The notes under the pieces: model-generated | Databases searched by the model: none | What the model was told of the DNA's origin: nothing | The model's input: only the letters and a program-made list of their open reading frames with translations | In this document: positions 27,305 through 37,829 of the stretch, piece after piece | Layout: each line of letters opens with the position of its first letter | Numbering within the stretch: the stretch's first letter is position 1 | Translations under genes and position numbers: made by a program | NCBI GenBank assembly: GCA_016296185.1 | Contig: JAEDJT010000003.1 | Location: 7,125-71,124, forward strand | DNA: 64,000 nucleotides | DNA from: Bacilli bacterium | GTDB taxonomy: Bacteria > Bacillota_I > Bacilli_A > RF39 > UBA660 | Direction of reading: 5' to 3'

Positions 27305-27324
27305 GTGTTTTTGCCTACTTTTTT

Positions 27325-27351
27325 TAAAAAAATAGCGATTTTTTCGCTATT
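27325..27351 (-). terminator. Intrinsic terminator after murE
   Basis: AAUAGCGA-loop-UCGCUAUU stem (27351..27331), then a U-run on the minus strand. Confidence 0.7.
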
Positions 27352-27357
27352 TTCTTA

Positions 27358-28728
27358 TTATTTTAAAGAATTTATGTATTTTTGTACTTCTTCTGCGTCA
27401 TCTAAGTGAATTTTTTCATGACCAATTATTTGATAATCTTCGTGTCCTTTACCTAAAATTAGTACTACATCATCTTTTTCAATTTTATCTAAAGCTATAA
27501 CTATTGCTTTTCTTCTATCAAGTTCTACTTCATAATTATTTGTATTAACTCCAGCTAGAATATCATCCATAATAGCTTGTGGTTCTTCTGTTCTAGGGTT
27601 GTCACTAGTAAATACTACATAATCACTATTTTCAGTTGCTATACGGCCCATTATTGGTCTTTTTTTAGGATCTCTATCTCCACCGCAACCTACTATTGTT
27701 ATTATCTTACCTTTTTTATGTTCATTAAATGCATCTATTATTTTTTCTACTGCATCTGGTGTATGTGCGTAATCTATTACAGCTATACCTTCTTTTACTG
27801 GTATTATTTCGCATCTACCTTTTGGTGGATAAATATCTTTTGTTGTATCTATTATTTCTTCAATACTGTATCCTAAATTATTTACAATAGATAATGTAGT
27901 CATATAGTTATATACATTAAATTTTGATTTTAAATTTGTTTCAACTTCATAATTTTTTTCTGGAGTTTTAAATTTAACTATTGTTCCTTTTAAAGTATCT
28001 TCATATGAAATTATCTTATAATCAGTTCCTTCAAATCCGTATGTTTTTGTATTTTCATAACTATCTATCCATTTAGAAGCATATGGGTCATCAGCATTTA
28101 TAATCATTGGACCATCTAATTGTTTTAATATTAATTTTTTAGCTTCTAAGTAATTATCCATTGTTAAATGATAGTCTAGGTGATCTTGTGTAAGATTTGT
28201 AAATGCTGCTACTTTATAATTAATACCTTTTACTCTTTCTTGATGTAATGCATGTGATGATACTTCCATCATTACATTTTTACATCCTTTTTCTTTAGCT
28301 TCTAACATTAGTTCATATAAATCTAATATATTAGGAGTTGTATTTGGTAATTCAATAAATTCTTCATCTGGAAGATAAAATCCTATTGTTCCAATATATG
28401 CAGTTTTTGAACCTAGTTTATTTAACAATTGATATGTTAAATATGCTGTAGTTGTTTTTCCATTTGTTCCGGTTACACCAATTAAATTCATTTCATTTAT
28501 TTCTTTACCATAATTTTTGCTAACGTAATCTGTTAACCATTTATTTGTATTTTCAACTATTTCTTTTTCTACAGTAGTTTCAACATCATGTTCTACTATT
28601 ACTTTTACTGCGCCGTTTTCTACTGCTTTATCTATATAATCATGTCCATCAACTGTAGCACCTGGTAATGCTACAAATATATCTCCTGGTTTAACTTTTC
28701 TTGAATCGATTTTTATGTTAATCATCAT
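27358..28728 (-). CDS. murE: UDP-N-acetylmuramoyl-L-alanyl-D-glutamate--2,6-diaminopimelate ligase
   Basis: GVTGTNGKTTT P-loop, Mur ligase blocks, DNPR motif (SDNPRTEEP) typical of meso-DAP-adding MurE. Start trimmed to the ATG 28728 after GAGGTGA. Confidence 0.9.
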   Translation of the reverse strand: MMINIKIDSRKVKPGDIFVALPGATVDGHDYIDKAVENGAVKVIVEHDVETTVEKEIVENTNKWLTDYVSKNYGKEINEMNLIGVTGTNGKTTTAYLTYQLLNKLGSKTAYIGTIGFYLPDEEFIELPNTTPNILDLYELMLEAKEKGCKNVMMEVSSHALHQERVKGINYKVAAFTNLTQDHLDYHLTMDNYLEAKKLILKQLDGPMIINADDPYASKWIDSYENTKTYGFEGTDYKIISYEDTLKGTIVKFKTPEKNYEVETNLKSKFNVYNYMTTLSIVNNLGYSIEEIIDTTKDIYPPKGRCEIIPVKEGIAVIDYAHTPDAVEKIIDAFNEHKKGKIITIVGCGGDRDPKKRPIMGRIATENSDYVVFTSDNPRTEEPQAIMDDILAGVNTNNYEVELDRRKAIVIALDKIEKDDVVLILGKGHEDYQIIGHEKIHLDDAEEVQKYINSLK

Positions 28729-28834
28729 TTTCACCTCTATATAAATTATATTACTTATATTATATATCTTACTACTTATTATAATCCACACTTTAGATAA
28801 AATTTTACATTTAATTCCACAAAAAAAGAAGCTA

Positions 28835-30655
28835 TTATGCTTCTTTAAAGAATTGATCATACCAAACAAGGAATGTATAGATTGCCCATACTTTTTTATA
28901 ACAATCTTTTTTCTTTGATCTATGATCTTCTAGTAATTTATTAATTCTCTTAGTATCAAAATATTTTTTTGCTACAGGTGAATTAAATTTCTTTTTAATA
29001 TCATTATATAAATCGTCTTCTCTTATCCATTCTCTTAATGGTACTGGAAAACCTAATTTTTTCTTTTTATATGATTCGTTAGGAATTACTTTTTTAGCAG
29101 CTTCTCTTAATGCTGGTTTTGTTGTTTGTTTATTTATCTTAGCACTAACTGGTAATTGTCTAGCTACCTCATACACTTCTAAGTCTAGGAATGGTGTTCT
29201 TGCCTCTAAACCAAACATCATTGTGTTTCTATCTACTGCATGTAGAAAATCTCTAACTAACCAAAAATAGAAATCGATTACTTGTCTTTTTACTATATTT
29301 GAGTTATCACTAAATTCTTTATAGAATGGAGCAACAATATCTCTTGTATGAATTTGATTTTTTGGTTTAACAATTTTCATAGCTTCTTCATCTCTGAATA
29401 CTCTCCCTAAACCTATATTATAATCTTCTAATTTCATACCTCTTCTATATACAAAATTAAATCCTCTTACTTCTGGAAATAATCCAGCAATACGTGAAGC
29501 AGCATGTCTTATTGGATATGGTATTTTCATATACCAGCTTTGATCTATTTCTTCTTTATATGTGTTATATCCACCAAAGAATTCATCTGCACCCTCACCA
29601 GACATAACTACTTTAACATCTTTTGCAGCTATTTGTGCAACAAAGTATAATGCAATTGCTGATGGATCTGCTAATGGTTCATCCATATGATACATAATAT
29701 TAGAGAATGCTTTCATGTATTCTTTTTTGGTTATTTTTTTAGATTTATTATCTATATTTAATTTTTTTGCTAAATCTTTAGCGTAAGATATTTCATCATA
29801 TTTTGGATTATCATATCCTACTGTATATGTTTTATCTGGTTTAGCAATTGAAACTAAATATGATGAATCTATACCACTAGATAAAAATGATCCTACTTCA
29901 ACATCTGCTATTTCATGATGTTTAACTGAATCTTTCATAGCTTTATCTATTTCTTCAACGATTTGTTCCATAGGTTTATTTGTTTCTTTAAATTCCATAT
30001 GGAAGAATTGTTCTATTTTCTTTTTACCATTTTTATATACTAATTGATATCCTGGTTCTAATCTAAATACACCTTTAAAGAAAGTTTCTTCTGTTGGTGT
30101 AGAATTAAAACATAAATAAGCTGATAGAATTCTATCATTAAATTCTTTTTTAAATTCTGGATGATCTAGGAATGCTTTTATTTCTGAAGCAAATAATAAT
30201 GAGTTATCTGTTTCATAATAATATAATGGTTTAATTCCCCATTGATCTCTTGCCATATATAGTTCTTTTTTATTTTTATCCCATATTGCGAATGCAAACA
30301 TACCTCTTAATTTTTTTGTAAGCTTATGTCCCCATTCTTCATATCCATGAACTAATACTTCTGTATCAGACTTTGTAATGAATTTATGTCCTTTGGATAT
30401 TAATTCTTCTCTTAAAACTTGATAGTTGTATATTTCACCATTAAATACTATAGCTATATCTTTAGTTTCATTATATATAGGTTGATTACCTGTACTTAAA
30501 TCGATTATTGATAATCTTCTATGTCCTAAAGCTGCGTTATCATCTAAATAGAATCCTTCTGCATCTGGTCCTCTATAAGCTATTCTGTCAGTCATTGCTT
30601 TTAGTATTTTTTTCTTTGGTTTTGTGTTACTTACATATCCTGCTATTCCACACAT
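28835..30655 (-). CDS. asnB: Asparagine synthase (glutamine-hydrolysing) family amidotransferase
   Basis: N-terminal MCGIAG Ntn-Cys, PP-loop LSSGIDSS, 606 aa. Confidence 0.9.
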   Translation of the reverse strand: MCGIAGYVSNTKPKKKILKAMTDRIAYRGPDAEGFYLDDNAALGHRRLSIIDLSTGNQPIYNETKDIAIVFNGEIYNYQVLREELISKGHKFITKSDTEVLVHGYEEWGHKLTKKLRGMFAFAIWDKNKKELYMARDQWGIKPLYYYETDNSLLFASEIKAFLDHPEFKKEFNDRILSAYLCFNSTPTEETFFKGVFRLEPGYQLVYKNGKKKIEQFFHMEFKETNKPMEQIVEEIDKAMKDSVKHHEIADVEVGSFLSSGIDSSYLVSIAKPDKTYTVGYDNPKYDEISYAKDLAKKLNIDNKSKKITKKEYMKAFSNIMYHMDEPLADPSAIALYFVAQIAAKDVKVVMSGEGADEFFGGYNTYKEEIDQSWYMKIPYPIRHAASRIAGLFPEVRGFNFVYRRGMKLEDYNIGLGRVFRDEEAMKIVKPKNQIHTRDIVAPFYKEFSDNSNIVKRQVIDFYFWLVRDFLHAVDRNTMMFGLEARTPFLDLEVYEVARQLPVSAKINKQTTKPALREAAKKVIPNESYKKKKLGFPVPLREWIREDDLYNDIKKKFNSPVAKKYFDTKRINKLLEDHRSKKKDCYKKVWAIYTFLVWYDQFFKEA

Positions 30656-30665
30656 AATATCACCT

Positions 30666-32615
30666 CTATTTGTTTAATATATAGTTGTAGTAATTTGTAT
30701 CTAATATCATTTTACTTACACTAAATGAATTAGCTACTCTATTATTTATTCTGTTGATATATGCTTCTTGATCTTCTAATGTTTTTCCTTCTTTTAAAAC
30801 AAATCTTTTTTGTGATACATAGTACCATCCGTAATCTGTTACCCAACTTCTGTTTGAGAATATTGCTATTCCTTCGTAGTTACTTAATATATCTTGTCCA
30901 ACTATTAATCTTGAATCATAATCAATACCAAATAAATTTAATAATGTTGGTAATACATCTATTTGACTTCCAACTTTATCTACAACAATAGGTTCTTCAA
31001 TTTGACTATTCCAAATAATGAAGTTACTTCTATTTACTTCTATTGTACCATCTTTTTCATAACTTGATACTTCATTTACTTCTTCAGTTGACAGTGTATA
31101 TGGATAATGATCTCCTACTAGAGCTATTACTGTGTTGTCTAATTCACCAGTTTCTGTTAGTTTTAACACTAATTGTTCTAACATTTTGTCAAGTTCCATT
31201 TGAGCTGCTAAGTAGTATTTTACTTGTGAACTATATGATGTTCCTTCTAAGTTTGACAAATATTCTTTTGCTATATTGTCACTATTATTGTAAGGTGAAT
31301 GTCCACTTACAGTTACATAGTAAGTTGCAAATGGACCTTCCATATTTGCATAGTCACCAAATGTTACATTTATCATTTCACTATCTTTTGGTAACCATGA
31401 ACACCTCATTCTTTTTTCCAATCCATTACCGCATCCTAAATAATTTGTAAATCCTAAAGTTTGCATTGTAATATTTCTTTTATAGTAAGTATATGTCCAA
31501 TCATGGAAACTATATGTTCTATATCCTTTATTAGCATATGAATTACCAATAGCATAACTAATTGTTGGAGTTTTTTCTTTCCAAGCTTTTAATGTTTCTT
31601 GTGTTGGAATTAATCCTGTTGTAGCTTGGAATTCTCCACCAGTTGTTGATAAGAATACTGGAGAATAAAAATTTGTAAAATTAAATCCTGTATTTATCAT
31701 TTTATATAATGTTGGAGTTCTAACTTCGTCTACTGCTATTTCGTTAAATCCTTCAGCTAATATAAATATTAAATTTTTTCCTTCAAACATTCCTGTATAC
31801 TCATTCTTATTTGAAGATTGTTTATTTTGAATATAATTATTTAATTGGTTAATTGTATTATTATCTGATTCTTCAAAGTTTAATTCTAATTGATTATATC
31901 CATAATCTATTATTTCTTCTCCTTCTTCTATTTCTACAGGAGGCATTTCTGATTCTGTTTCATTAAATCCTATTGTTAATTCTTGTTCGTAACCAATTAA
32001 ATCTCTTTTTATATCAATTTTAGTATAGTTTAAAAGTCCAAAATTATTTATTATTCTTTCAGCATCGTCTGTATTAAAATATAATTTATATAATGAATTG
32101 GATTCGTTTTTATTAGGTAATAAGTAGGCAAATGTTGATAAGTATGAAGTTATAAACATAATGATTAATGTTATAATTTGATATTTGTTATATCTTTCTG
32201 TATTTATTTTCTTATAGAATAATATTAAAAATATTAATGGTATTAATAAAAGAGTAAATGTTAAAATATTTGTTTTTATTGTATCAATAACAATATTAGA
32301 AAAATCCGAAGCTTGGTCTGCTAAGCTTATAGTTGAAAATGAAAATGGTACTGAAAATAATATATAGAAAATTAATTGTACTTCAAAATATACTGTTAAT
32401 AAGATCATAGTTATGAACATTATTATTTTATTTACTATTTTATTAAATGCTTTTGTTAATATTGTTAATAATAATACTAATGGCAATAAAAAGATTATCA
32501 ATAATATTATTTCATTATTAATTATATTTTTAGTTATTATATTTTTCATAATCAATTCTAAATACAGTATAGATATTGATAAATATAATATTGGATTAAT
32601 GTTTAATTTTTTCAT
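30666..32615 (-). CDS. LTA synthase (LtaS)-family sulfatase-domain membrane protein
   Basis: Five N-terminal TMs followed by an extracellular alkaline-phosphatase/sulfatase-like domain (…FILAEGFN…, …VGDHYPY…). Confidence 0.75.
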   Translation of the reverse strand: MKKLNINPILYLSISILYLELIMKNIITKNIINNEIILLIIFLLPLVLLLTILTKAFNKIVNKIIMFITMILLTVYFEVQLIFYILFSVPFSFSTISLADQASDFSNIVIDTIKTNILTFTLLLIPLIFLILFYKKINTERYNKYQIITLIIMFITSYLSTFAYLLPNKNESNSLYKLYFNTDDAERIINNFGLLNYTKIDIKRDLIGYEQELTIGFNETESEMPPVEIEEGEEIIDYGYNQLELNFEESDNNTINQLNNYIQNKQSSNKNEYTGMFEGKNLIFILAEGFNEIAVDEVRTPTLYKMINTGFNFTNFYSPVFLSTTGGEFQATTGLIPTQETLKAWKEKTPTISYAIGNSYANKGYRTYSFHDWTYTYYKRNITMQTLGFTNYLGCGNGLEKRMRCSWLPKDSEMINVTFGDYANMEGPFATYYVTVSGHSPYNNSDNIAKEYLSNLEGTSYSSQVKYYLAAQMELDKMLEQLVLKLTETGELDNTVIALVGDHYPYTLSTEEVNEVSSYEKDGTIEVNRSNFIIWNSQIEEPIVVDKVGSQIDVLPTLLNLFGIDYDSRLIVGQDILSNYEGIAIFSNRSWVTDYGWYYVSQKRFVLKEGKTLEDQEAYINRINNRVANSFSVSKMILDTNYYNYILNK

Positions 32616-32675
32616 ATTTTCACCTTTTTCAGTTAGTTATTATATCATAAAAAAAAGAATATATTTACTATATTC

Positions 32676-34829
32676 TTAATTTTTTATTAATGATAATTGT
32701 ACTTTTTGTTTTGTTAAATCAATACTGTCTACATAACAAGTAACAATATCACCAACATGTACTATGTCATTAGGGTTTTTAACAAATGATTTACTCATTT
32801 TTGATATATGGATTAATCCATCATCATGTAATCCAATATCAACGAACGCTCCGAATGATGCAACGTTTCTTACTGTTCCTTGAAGTTCCATTCCTTCTTT
32901 TAAATCTTCGATATGTAATACATCACTTTTTAGAATTGGTGCTTCTAATTCATCACGAGGATCTAAACCAGGATTTAATAATTCTTTAATAATATCTTCT
33001 ACTGTGTAGTATTCTGAATTTAATTCTTCTGCTAATTTAACTGTATTTTGATTTGTTAGTGTTTCTTTAAATTCTTCTTTATTAATATCTTTAATATCTA
33101 AGTTTAATTTTTCTAATAGTTTATTTGTTAAATCGTAGCTTTCTGGATGGATACCAGTTCTATCTAATGGATTTGTTCCATCTGGTATTCTTAAGAAACC
33201 AATTGATTGTTCATATACTTTATCAGAAATACCTTTTATTTTCTTTATTTCTTCTCTACTAGTTATTTTATGTTGTTCTTTATAATCATATAATTTATCA
33301 ATTACTGATTTAGTTAAACCTGATACGTATTTTAATATAGATTTAGATGCTGTATTAACATTAACACCTACTTCATTTACTACTTTTGATGTTGTAAAAT
33401 CTAATGCTTCTCCTAATTGTTTTTGGTTAACATCGTATTGATATTCTCCAACACCAATAGATTTTGGATCTATTTTAACTAATTCTGATAGCGGATCTTG
33501 TAATCTTCTTCCTATTGATACAGCACTTCTTTTTTCAACTGCTAAATCTGGGAATTCATCTATAGCTAGTTTTGATGCACTATAAATAGATGCACCTGCT
33601 TCAGATGTTATTACATATTTACATGGTAAATTATATTCTTTAATCATTTCAGCACACATTTTTTCTGATTCTCTTGATGCTGTTCCATTACCTATTGAAA
33701 TAATATCTACATGATATTTTTCTATTAGATTCTTAATAATTAATTTACTAGCTTTAATATACTCATCTTGTTTTGCTCCATTTAAGAATGGTTTTACTAC
33801 TGTTGAATCTAAATATGTACCATTTTGATCTATAACAGCTAATTTACAACCATTAACGTATCCAGGATCAAATCCTAATACTGTCATTCCTTTAATTGGT
33901 CTTGTTAATAATAGATGTTCTAAATTAGTACTAAATGTTTCTATTGCTAGTGTTTCTGCTTTTTCAGATATTTCACTTCTTACTTCTCTTTCAATACTTG
34001 GTAGTATTAATCTTTTTAGAGAGTCTTTAATAGAAGCTTTTACTAAATCTACAACAAATGAATCTTTATTTCTTATTAATTTTCCTTCTAAATAGTTTTC
34101 TATTGTTTCATTATCCATATCTATAGATACTGTTAAAACCTTTTCTTTTTCTCCTCTATTTAAGGCTAATACACGGTAGTGTTTAATAGTCTTAACTTTA
34201 TCTTGGAAATCATAATACATTTCATATAATTTATGTTCATCTTCTGCATCTTTTTTCTTTTTTGAAGTTATTATTCCGTTAATCATTACATTTGTTCTGA
34301 TCCATTTACGATAAGCTGCGTTATCACTTATCCATTCTGCGATAATGTATCCTGCACCTTCTAAAGCAGCTGCTTCATCTTTAACATTTTCGTTTAAGAA
34401 TTTTTTGGCCATACTGTTTAAGTCCCCAGTAGTTGGAAATGACATAATCATTTTTGCTAATGGTTCTAATCCATTCTTTATAGCTTCACTTGCTTTTGTT
34501 TTTTTCTTTTCTTTATAAGGTCTGTATATATCTTCTACTTCTGTTAGCTTTGTACATTTCATAACGTTAGCTTCTATTTCTGGAGTTAACATTCCTTTTT
34601 CATCAATTAATCTTATTACATCTTGTTTTCTTGTTAATAAGTTTTCTTGATATTTATATTGTTCTTCTATAGCTCTTATTTGGTCTTCATTAAGATTTCC
34701 TGTAGCATCTTTACGATAACGTGCTATAAATGGTATAGTTGCTCCTTCAGCTAACATTGCTAAAACTGTTTTTATTTGTTCTTCTTTTAAACTTAATGTT
34801 TCTACTAAATATTTTATTACTTCTTCCAT
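32676..34829 (-). CDS. tex: Tex-like transcription accessory protein (YqgF + HhH + S1 domains)
   Basis: GFDPGYVNGCKLAV (YqgF/RuvX-like), C-terminal S1 domain GMELQGTVRNVASFGAFVDIG. Start moved to the ATG after GGTGA. Confidence 0.9.
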   Translation of the reverse strand: MEEVIKYLVETLSLKEEQIKTVLAMLAEGATIPFIARYRKDATGNLNEDQIRAIEEQYKYQENLLTRKQDVIRLIDEKGMLTPEIEANVMKCTKLTEVEDIYRPYKEKKKTKASEAIKNGLEPLAKMIMSFPTTGDLNSMAKKFLNENVKDEAAALEGAGYIIAEWISDNAAYRKWIRTNVMINGIITSKKKKDAEDEHKLYEMYYDFQDKVKTIKHYRVLALNRGEKEKVLTVSIDMDNETIENYLEGKLIRNKDSFVVDLVKASIKDSLKRLILPSIEREVRSEISEKAETLAIETFSTNLEHLLLTRPIKGMTVLGFDPGYVNGCKLAVIDQNGTYLDSTVVKPFLNGAKQDEYIKASKLIIKNLIEKYHVDIISIGNGTASRESEKMCAEMIKEYNLPCKYVITSEAGASIYSASKLAIDEFPDLAVEKRSAVSIGRRLQDPLSELVKIDPKSIGVGEYQYDVNQKQLGEALDFTTSKVVNEVGVNVNTASKSILKYVSGLTKSVIDKLYDYKEQHKITSREEIKKIKGISDKVYEQSIGFLRIPDGTNPLDRTGIHPESYDLTNKLLEKLNLDIKDINKEEFKETLTNQNTVKLAEELNSEYYTVEDIIKELLNPGLDPRDELEAPILKSDVLHIEDLKEGMELQGTVRNVASFGAFVDIGLHDDGLIHISKMSKSFVKNPNDIVHVGDIVTCYVDSIDLTKQKVQLSLIKN

Positions 34830-34859
34830 TTTTATCACCAGTTTTTATTATACTATAGA

Positions 34860-34891
34860 CAAAAAAAATAAGTAAAGGTACTTTACTTATT
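34860..34891 (-). terminator. Intrinsic terminator after the yihY-like gene
   Basis: 11-bp stem AAUAAGUAAAG/CUUUACUUAUU (34891..34867), then U8 on the minus strand. Confidence 0.75.
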
Positions 34892-35788
34892 TTTAACTTC
34901 TTTTTTTGTTAATATTTCTGTTTCATCACCATATATTGATGCACTATTAGCTGATTCAGCAATTACTTTTTGTACTTCTATTACACCTGTTTTTTCTAAT
35001 TCTTCATGATAGTTCATTGCCATACCAATAACAAGAATATATGCTAAAAAATAGAACCATAACATTAGTATAACTATATTGGCTAATGAGCCATATAATA
35101 CTGAGTAATTTGCAAAATGATTAATATAATATGAATATCCATATGTTAATAATATCCATCCTAATGATGTGAAGAAAGCTCCTCCATTAACTTTTCTACT
35201 TGGTACTTTTTTATCTGGTGCTAATGTATATATTATTTTTATAAATATAAATATAATAACCCATGAGAAAGGACCTCTTAAGAAACTTAATGTATTTGCT
35301 ACTACTTCTGTAGTATGAGCATCAATATTAAAATAATGTAATATATTAATTATTATATTTCCTAATAACGGTACTACTACAACGAATAGTAATAGGAGCA
35401 CTATTACTATTTCCATTATAATAGCTTTTAGTCTTCTTTTAAAGAATCCTGAATCTTTTATACCATATATTGTATTTGATGCAACAATTATTGATGACAT
35501 TCCATTAGATGCTACAAAATATCCAAATCCTAATGTAATAAAGAATGCTGGACTTATATTTGTATTTGTAATTAACGGTGTTATCAATGATGATGTACTA
35601 GCACCAAATCCTTTTGTAATTAATGTTGATATTATATCGTTTGAAATATTTAAATATGAACATGTATAACCAATCAATGTAATTGTTGGTACTAATGATA
35701 AGAATAAGAAAAATGCTACTTGTCCAGGCAAGATAAGCATTTCAGGACGCCAAAATGCGTCCCAAAATCTTGAGAAGAATTTTTTCAT
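34883..35788 (-). CDS. YihY/BrkB-family membrane protein
   Basis: Six TM spans with the YihY-like pattern (…LSLVPTITLIG…, …YGSLANIVILMLWFY…). Shares 1 nt with the upstream gene stop. Confidence 0.65.
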   Translation of the reverse strand: MKKFFSRFWDAFWRPEMLILPGQVAFFLFLSLVPTITLIGYTCSYLNISNDIISTLITKGFGASTSSLITPLITNTNISPAFFITLGFGYFVASNGMSSIIVASNTIYGIKDSGFFKRRLKAIIMEIVIVLLLLFVVVVPLLGNIIINILHYFNIDAHTTEVVANTLSFLRGPFSWVIIFIFIKIIYTLAPDKKVPSRKVNGGAFFTSLGWILLTYGYSYYINHFANYSVLYGSLANIVILMLWFYFLAYILVIGMAMNYHEELEKTGVIEVQKVIAESANSASIYGDETEILTKKEVKNK

Positions 35789-37827
35789 TATTTATTATCT
35801 TCTTCGGCTTCTAATTCTTCTTTTTTATTACGCATATCTTCAACTGATTCGTTGATTGCGTCTTCTATAGTTTTCATATCATTTGTTATCATGCTATATC
35901 CTATAGCAGCTCCATGTTCATATGGTAAATTTTTAAATTCTTTATATAATTTTCTAATGTAACTTACTACTTGTTTTTCTTGATATCCTACTAAATAAAT
36001 TAAATATTCATTACCATCTGTTCTCATTATATCTGTATTATCTAATTGTGTTTTTATTAATACATTTGCTGCAGCTTTAATTTGATTATCACCTTGTTCA
36101 TAACCTAATGTATCATTAATAGTTTGAACTTGATTTAAATCTATAATTATTGTTGCTTGAGGATAAATAGTATTTTTATTCCAATTTTGAATGTTTTCAT
36201 TTAAGTAATTTCTGTTTTTTAATGAAGTTAATTGATCGATATATTTCATCTTATCTTCTTTTTTAATCTTTTTAGATATTTTTATTTTCTTAGTAGATTT
36301 ATATGTTAAATATAATACTATTATAAATACAAGAACTACAATAATTGAATATCTTGCAACTTTTCCTAGTATTGTTCCAGATTTAATTGTAATTGAATGG
36401 TTATATATACCATTAACTCTTAATTGTTCTGGATCTAATGTTTGAATATATTTATTAAATAAAATTGTAAATGTTTCATTATTTTTAACATAGAAATTAT
36501 ATGTATCAGATAATGTATTTTCGTATCTAACATTATAACTAGATAATATTGATTTATTGTAATAGTTATATGTTTCTTTATCTAATACAATAATATTATC
36601 TTTTTTAGATATTTTTCTTAATTCTTTTTCATTTGAATATGTTTTGATATTTATACCACCAAGTGATGTTAAATATTTTTCTAATAAACTATTCTTTAAT
36701 ACATATACTGTTTTATTAGTTAATGATCTAATTGAATTAATTACTAAATCATTGTTTTCTTTACTTGCAATAACAAAAGTTATATTCATTAATGAGTTTA
36801 TTTGTGTATAATCTGTATCTAAATTATAGTAATTATAGAATATATCTATTTTATTATTAGCAATAGCTTCAGTGAATTTACTGAATGAATTATATTTTGT
36901 AAATGTTATTTCTGTACCACTAAATGCTTGGAATTTTGATAGATATTCACTTACAATTCCACCGTATGATCCACTAATTAATACTTCATATGGACTATTA
37001 TTGATAAATCCATAGTTATATGTATTTGATTGAATATTATTAATTTCCTTATCTGAAATTGTTAATGCTTCAACAAATGTTTTTAATTCATTAGTATTAA
37101 ATACTTCTTCTTGTTTTTTCTTTGACCATTTTGAATAGTATTTTTTTAAGATATTACTAAATGTATCGTCATTATTATCATATATTATATATTTATTTAA
37201 ATCATTTACATGATAATCAATAAAATAATTAGCAGTTAAGATTGAAGTAAGGTTTTCTTCTAATGGTATTAATGCATATTCTATTTCATTGTTTTCATTT
37301 AATTTTTCAAATAAATCTGTAGATGTTTCATAAGGTACTAAAGATACTTTATTAACATCATTTAAATATTTATTAATGATTTTTTCATCTCTACTTAGAA
37401 TACCTATTTTTTTGTTTGCTAAGCTAGATAATGATGTGAAATCAGTTTTTGTTTTACTAATAATTACATAATGTTCTGTATAGAATAATACGTCATCTTC
37501 TGGAACATCATATACTATTTGGAATGATTTATTTCCAACTTCTTCACCATAATTATATGTTATTAAGTTAACATTTAATTCATATTCTGTTTCTAAATCT
37601 TTAATAAAATCATAAAGTAGACCACTACCATTTTTACCAAATACGTCTACGTTATTTAAAACATATACATTTTGAACAACATTTTTATTGGCAGTAATCC
37701 ATTCTTTTTCTTCTACTGTAAGTTTATTTTCATCACTTACAGTTTTATATGTTGCGTATGTTCCACCAATTACAATTAATGAAATTAAGAGAACTATTGC
37801 TATTACTTTTTTTGTATTCTTTTTCAT
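35788..37827 (-). CDS. Membrane receptor with two extracellular solute-binding-like domains and a degenerate GGDEF domain
   Basis: Signal anchor, about 480-aa extracellular region, TM, then DQLTSLKNRNYL...IIIDLNQVQTINDTLGYEQGD...RTDGNEY (GGDEF replaced by DGNEY, DxD replaced by DLN). Confidence 0.6.
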   Translation of the reverse strand: MKKNTKKVIAIVLLISLIVIGGTYATYKTVSDENKLTVEEKEWITANKNVVQNVYVLNNVDVFGKNGSGLLYDFIKDLETEYELNVNLITYNYGEEVGNKSFQIVYDVPEDDVLFYTEHYVIISKTKTDFTSLSSLANKKIGILSRDEKIINKYLNDVNKVSLVPYETSTDLFEKLNENNEIEYALIPLEENLTSILTANYFIDYHVNDLNKYIIYDNNDDTFSNILKKYYSKWSKKKQEEVFNTNELKTFVEALTISDKEINNIQSNTYNYGFINNSPYEVLISGSYGGIVSEYLSKFQAFSGTEITFTKYNSFSKFTEAIANNKIDIFYNYYNLDTDYTQINSLMNITFVIASKENNDLVINSIRSLTNKTVYVLKNSLLEKYLTSLGGINIKTYSNEKELRKISKKDNIIVLDKETYNYYNKSILSSYNVRYENTLSDTYNFYVKNNETFTILFNKYIQTLDPEQLRVNGIYNHSITIKSGTILGKVARYSIIVVLVFIIVLYLTYKSTKKIKISKKIKKEDKMKYIDQLTSLKNRNYLNENIQNWNKNTIYPQATIIIDLNQVQTINDTLGYEQGDNQIKAAANVLIKTQLDNTDIMRTDGNEYLIYLVGYQEKQVVSYIRKLYKEFKNLPYEHGAAIGYSMITNDMKTIEDAINESVEDMRNKKEELEAEEDNK

Positions 37828-37829
37828 AA

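Noticed and set aside
27262-27320. 10-bp perfect inverted repeat AAGTAGGCAA / TTGCCTACTT bracketing the tRNA-Gly promoter
   Set aside because: It could be an operator or a read-through structure, but there is a single occurrence with a 39-nt AT-rich loop. It is more simply explained as part of the murE terminator / tRNA promoter junction.
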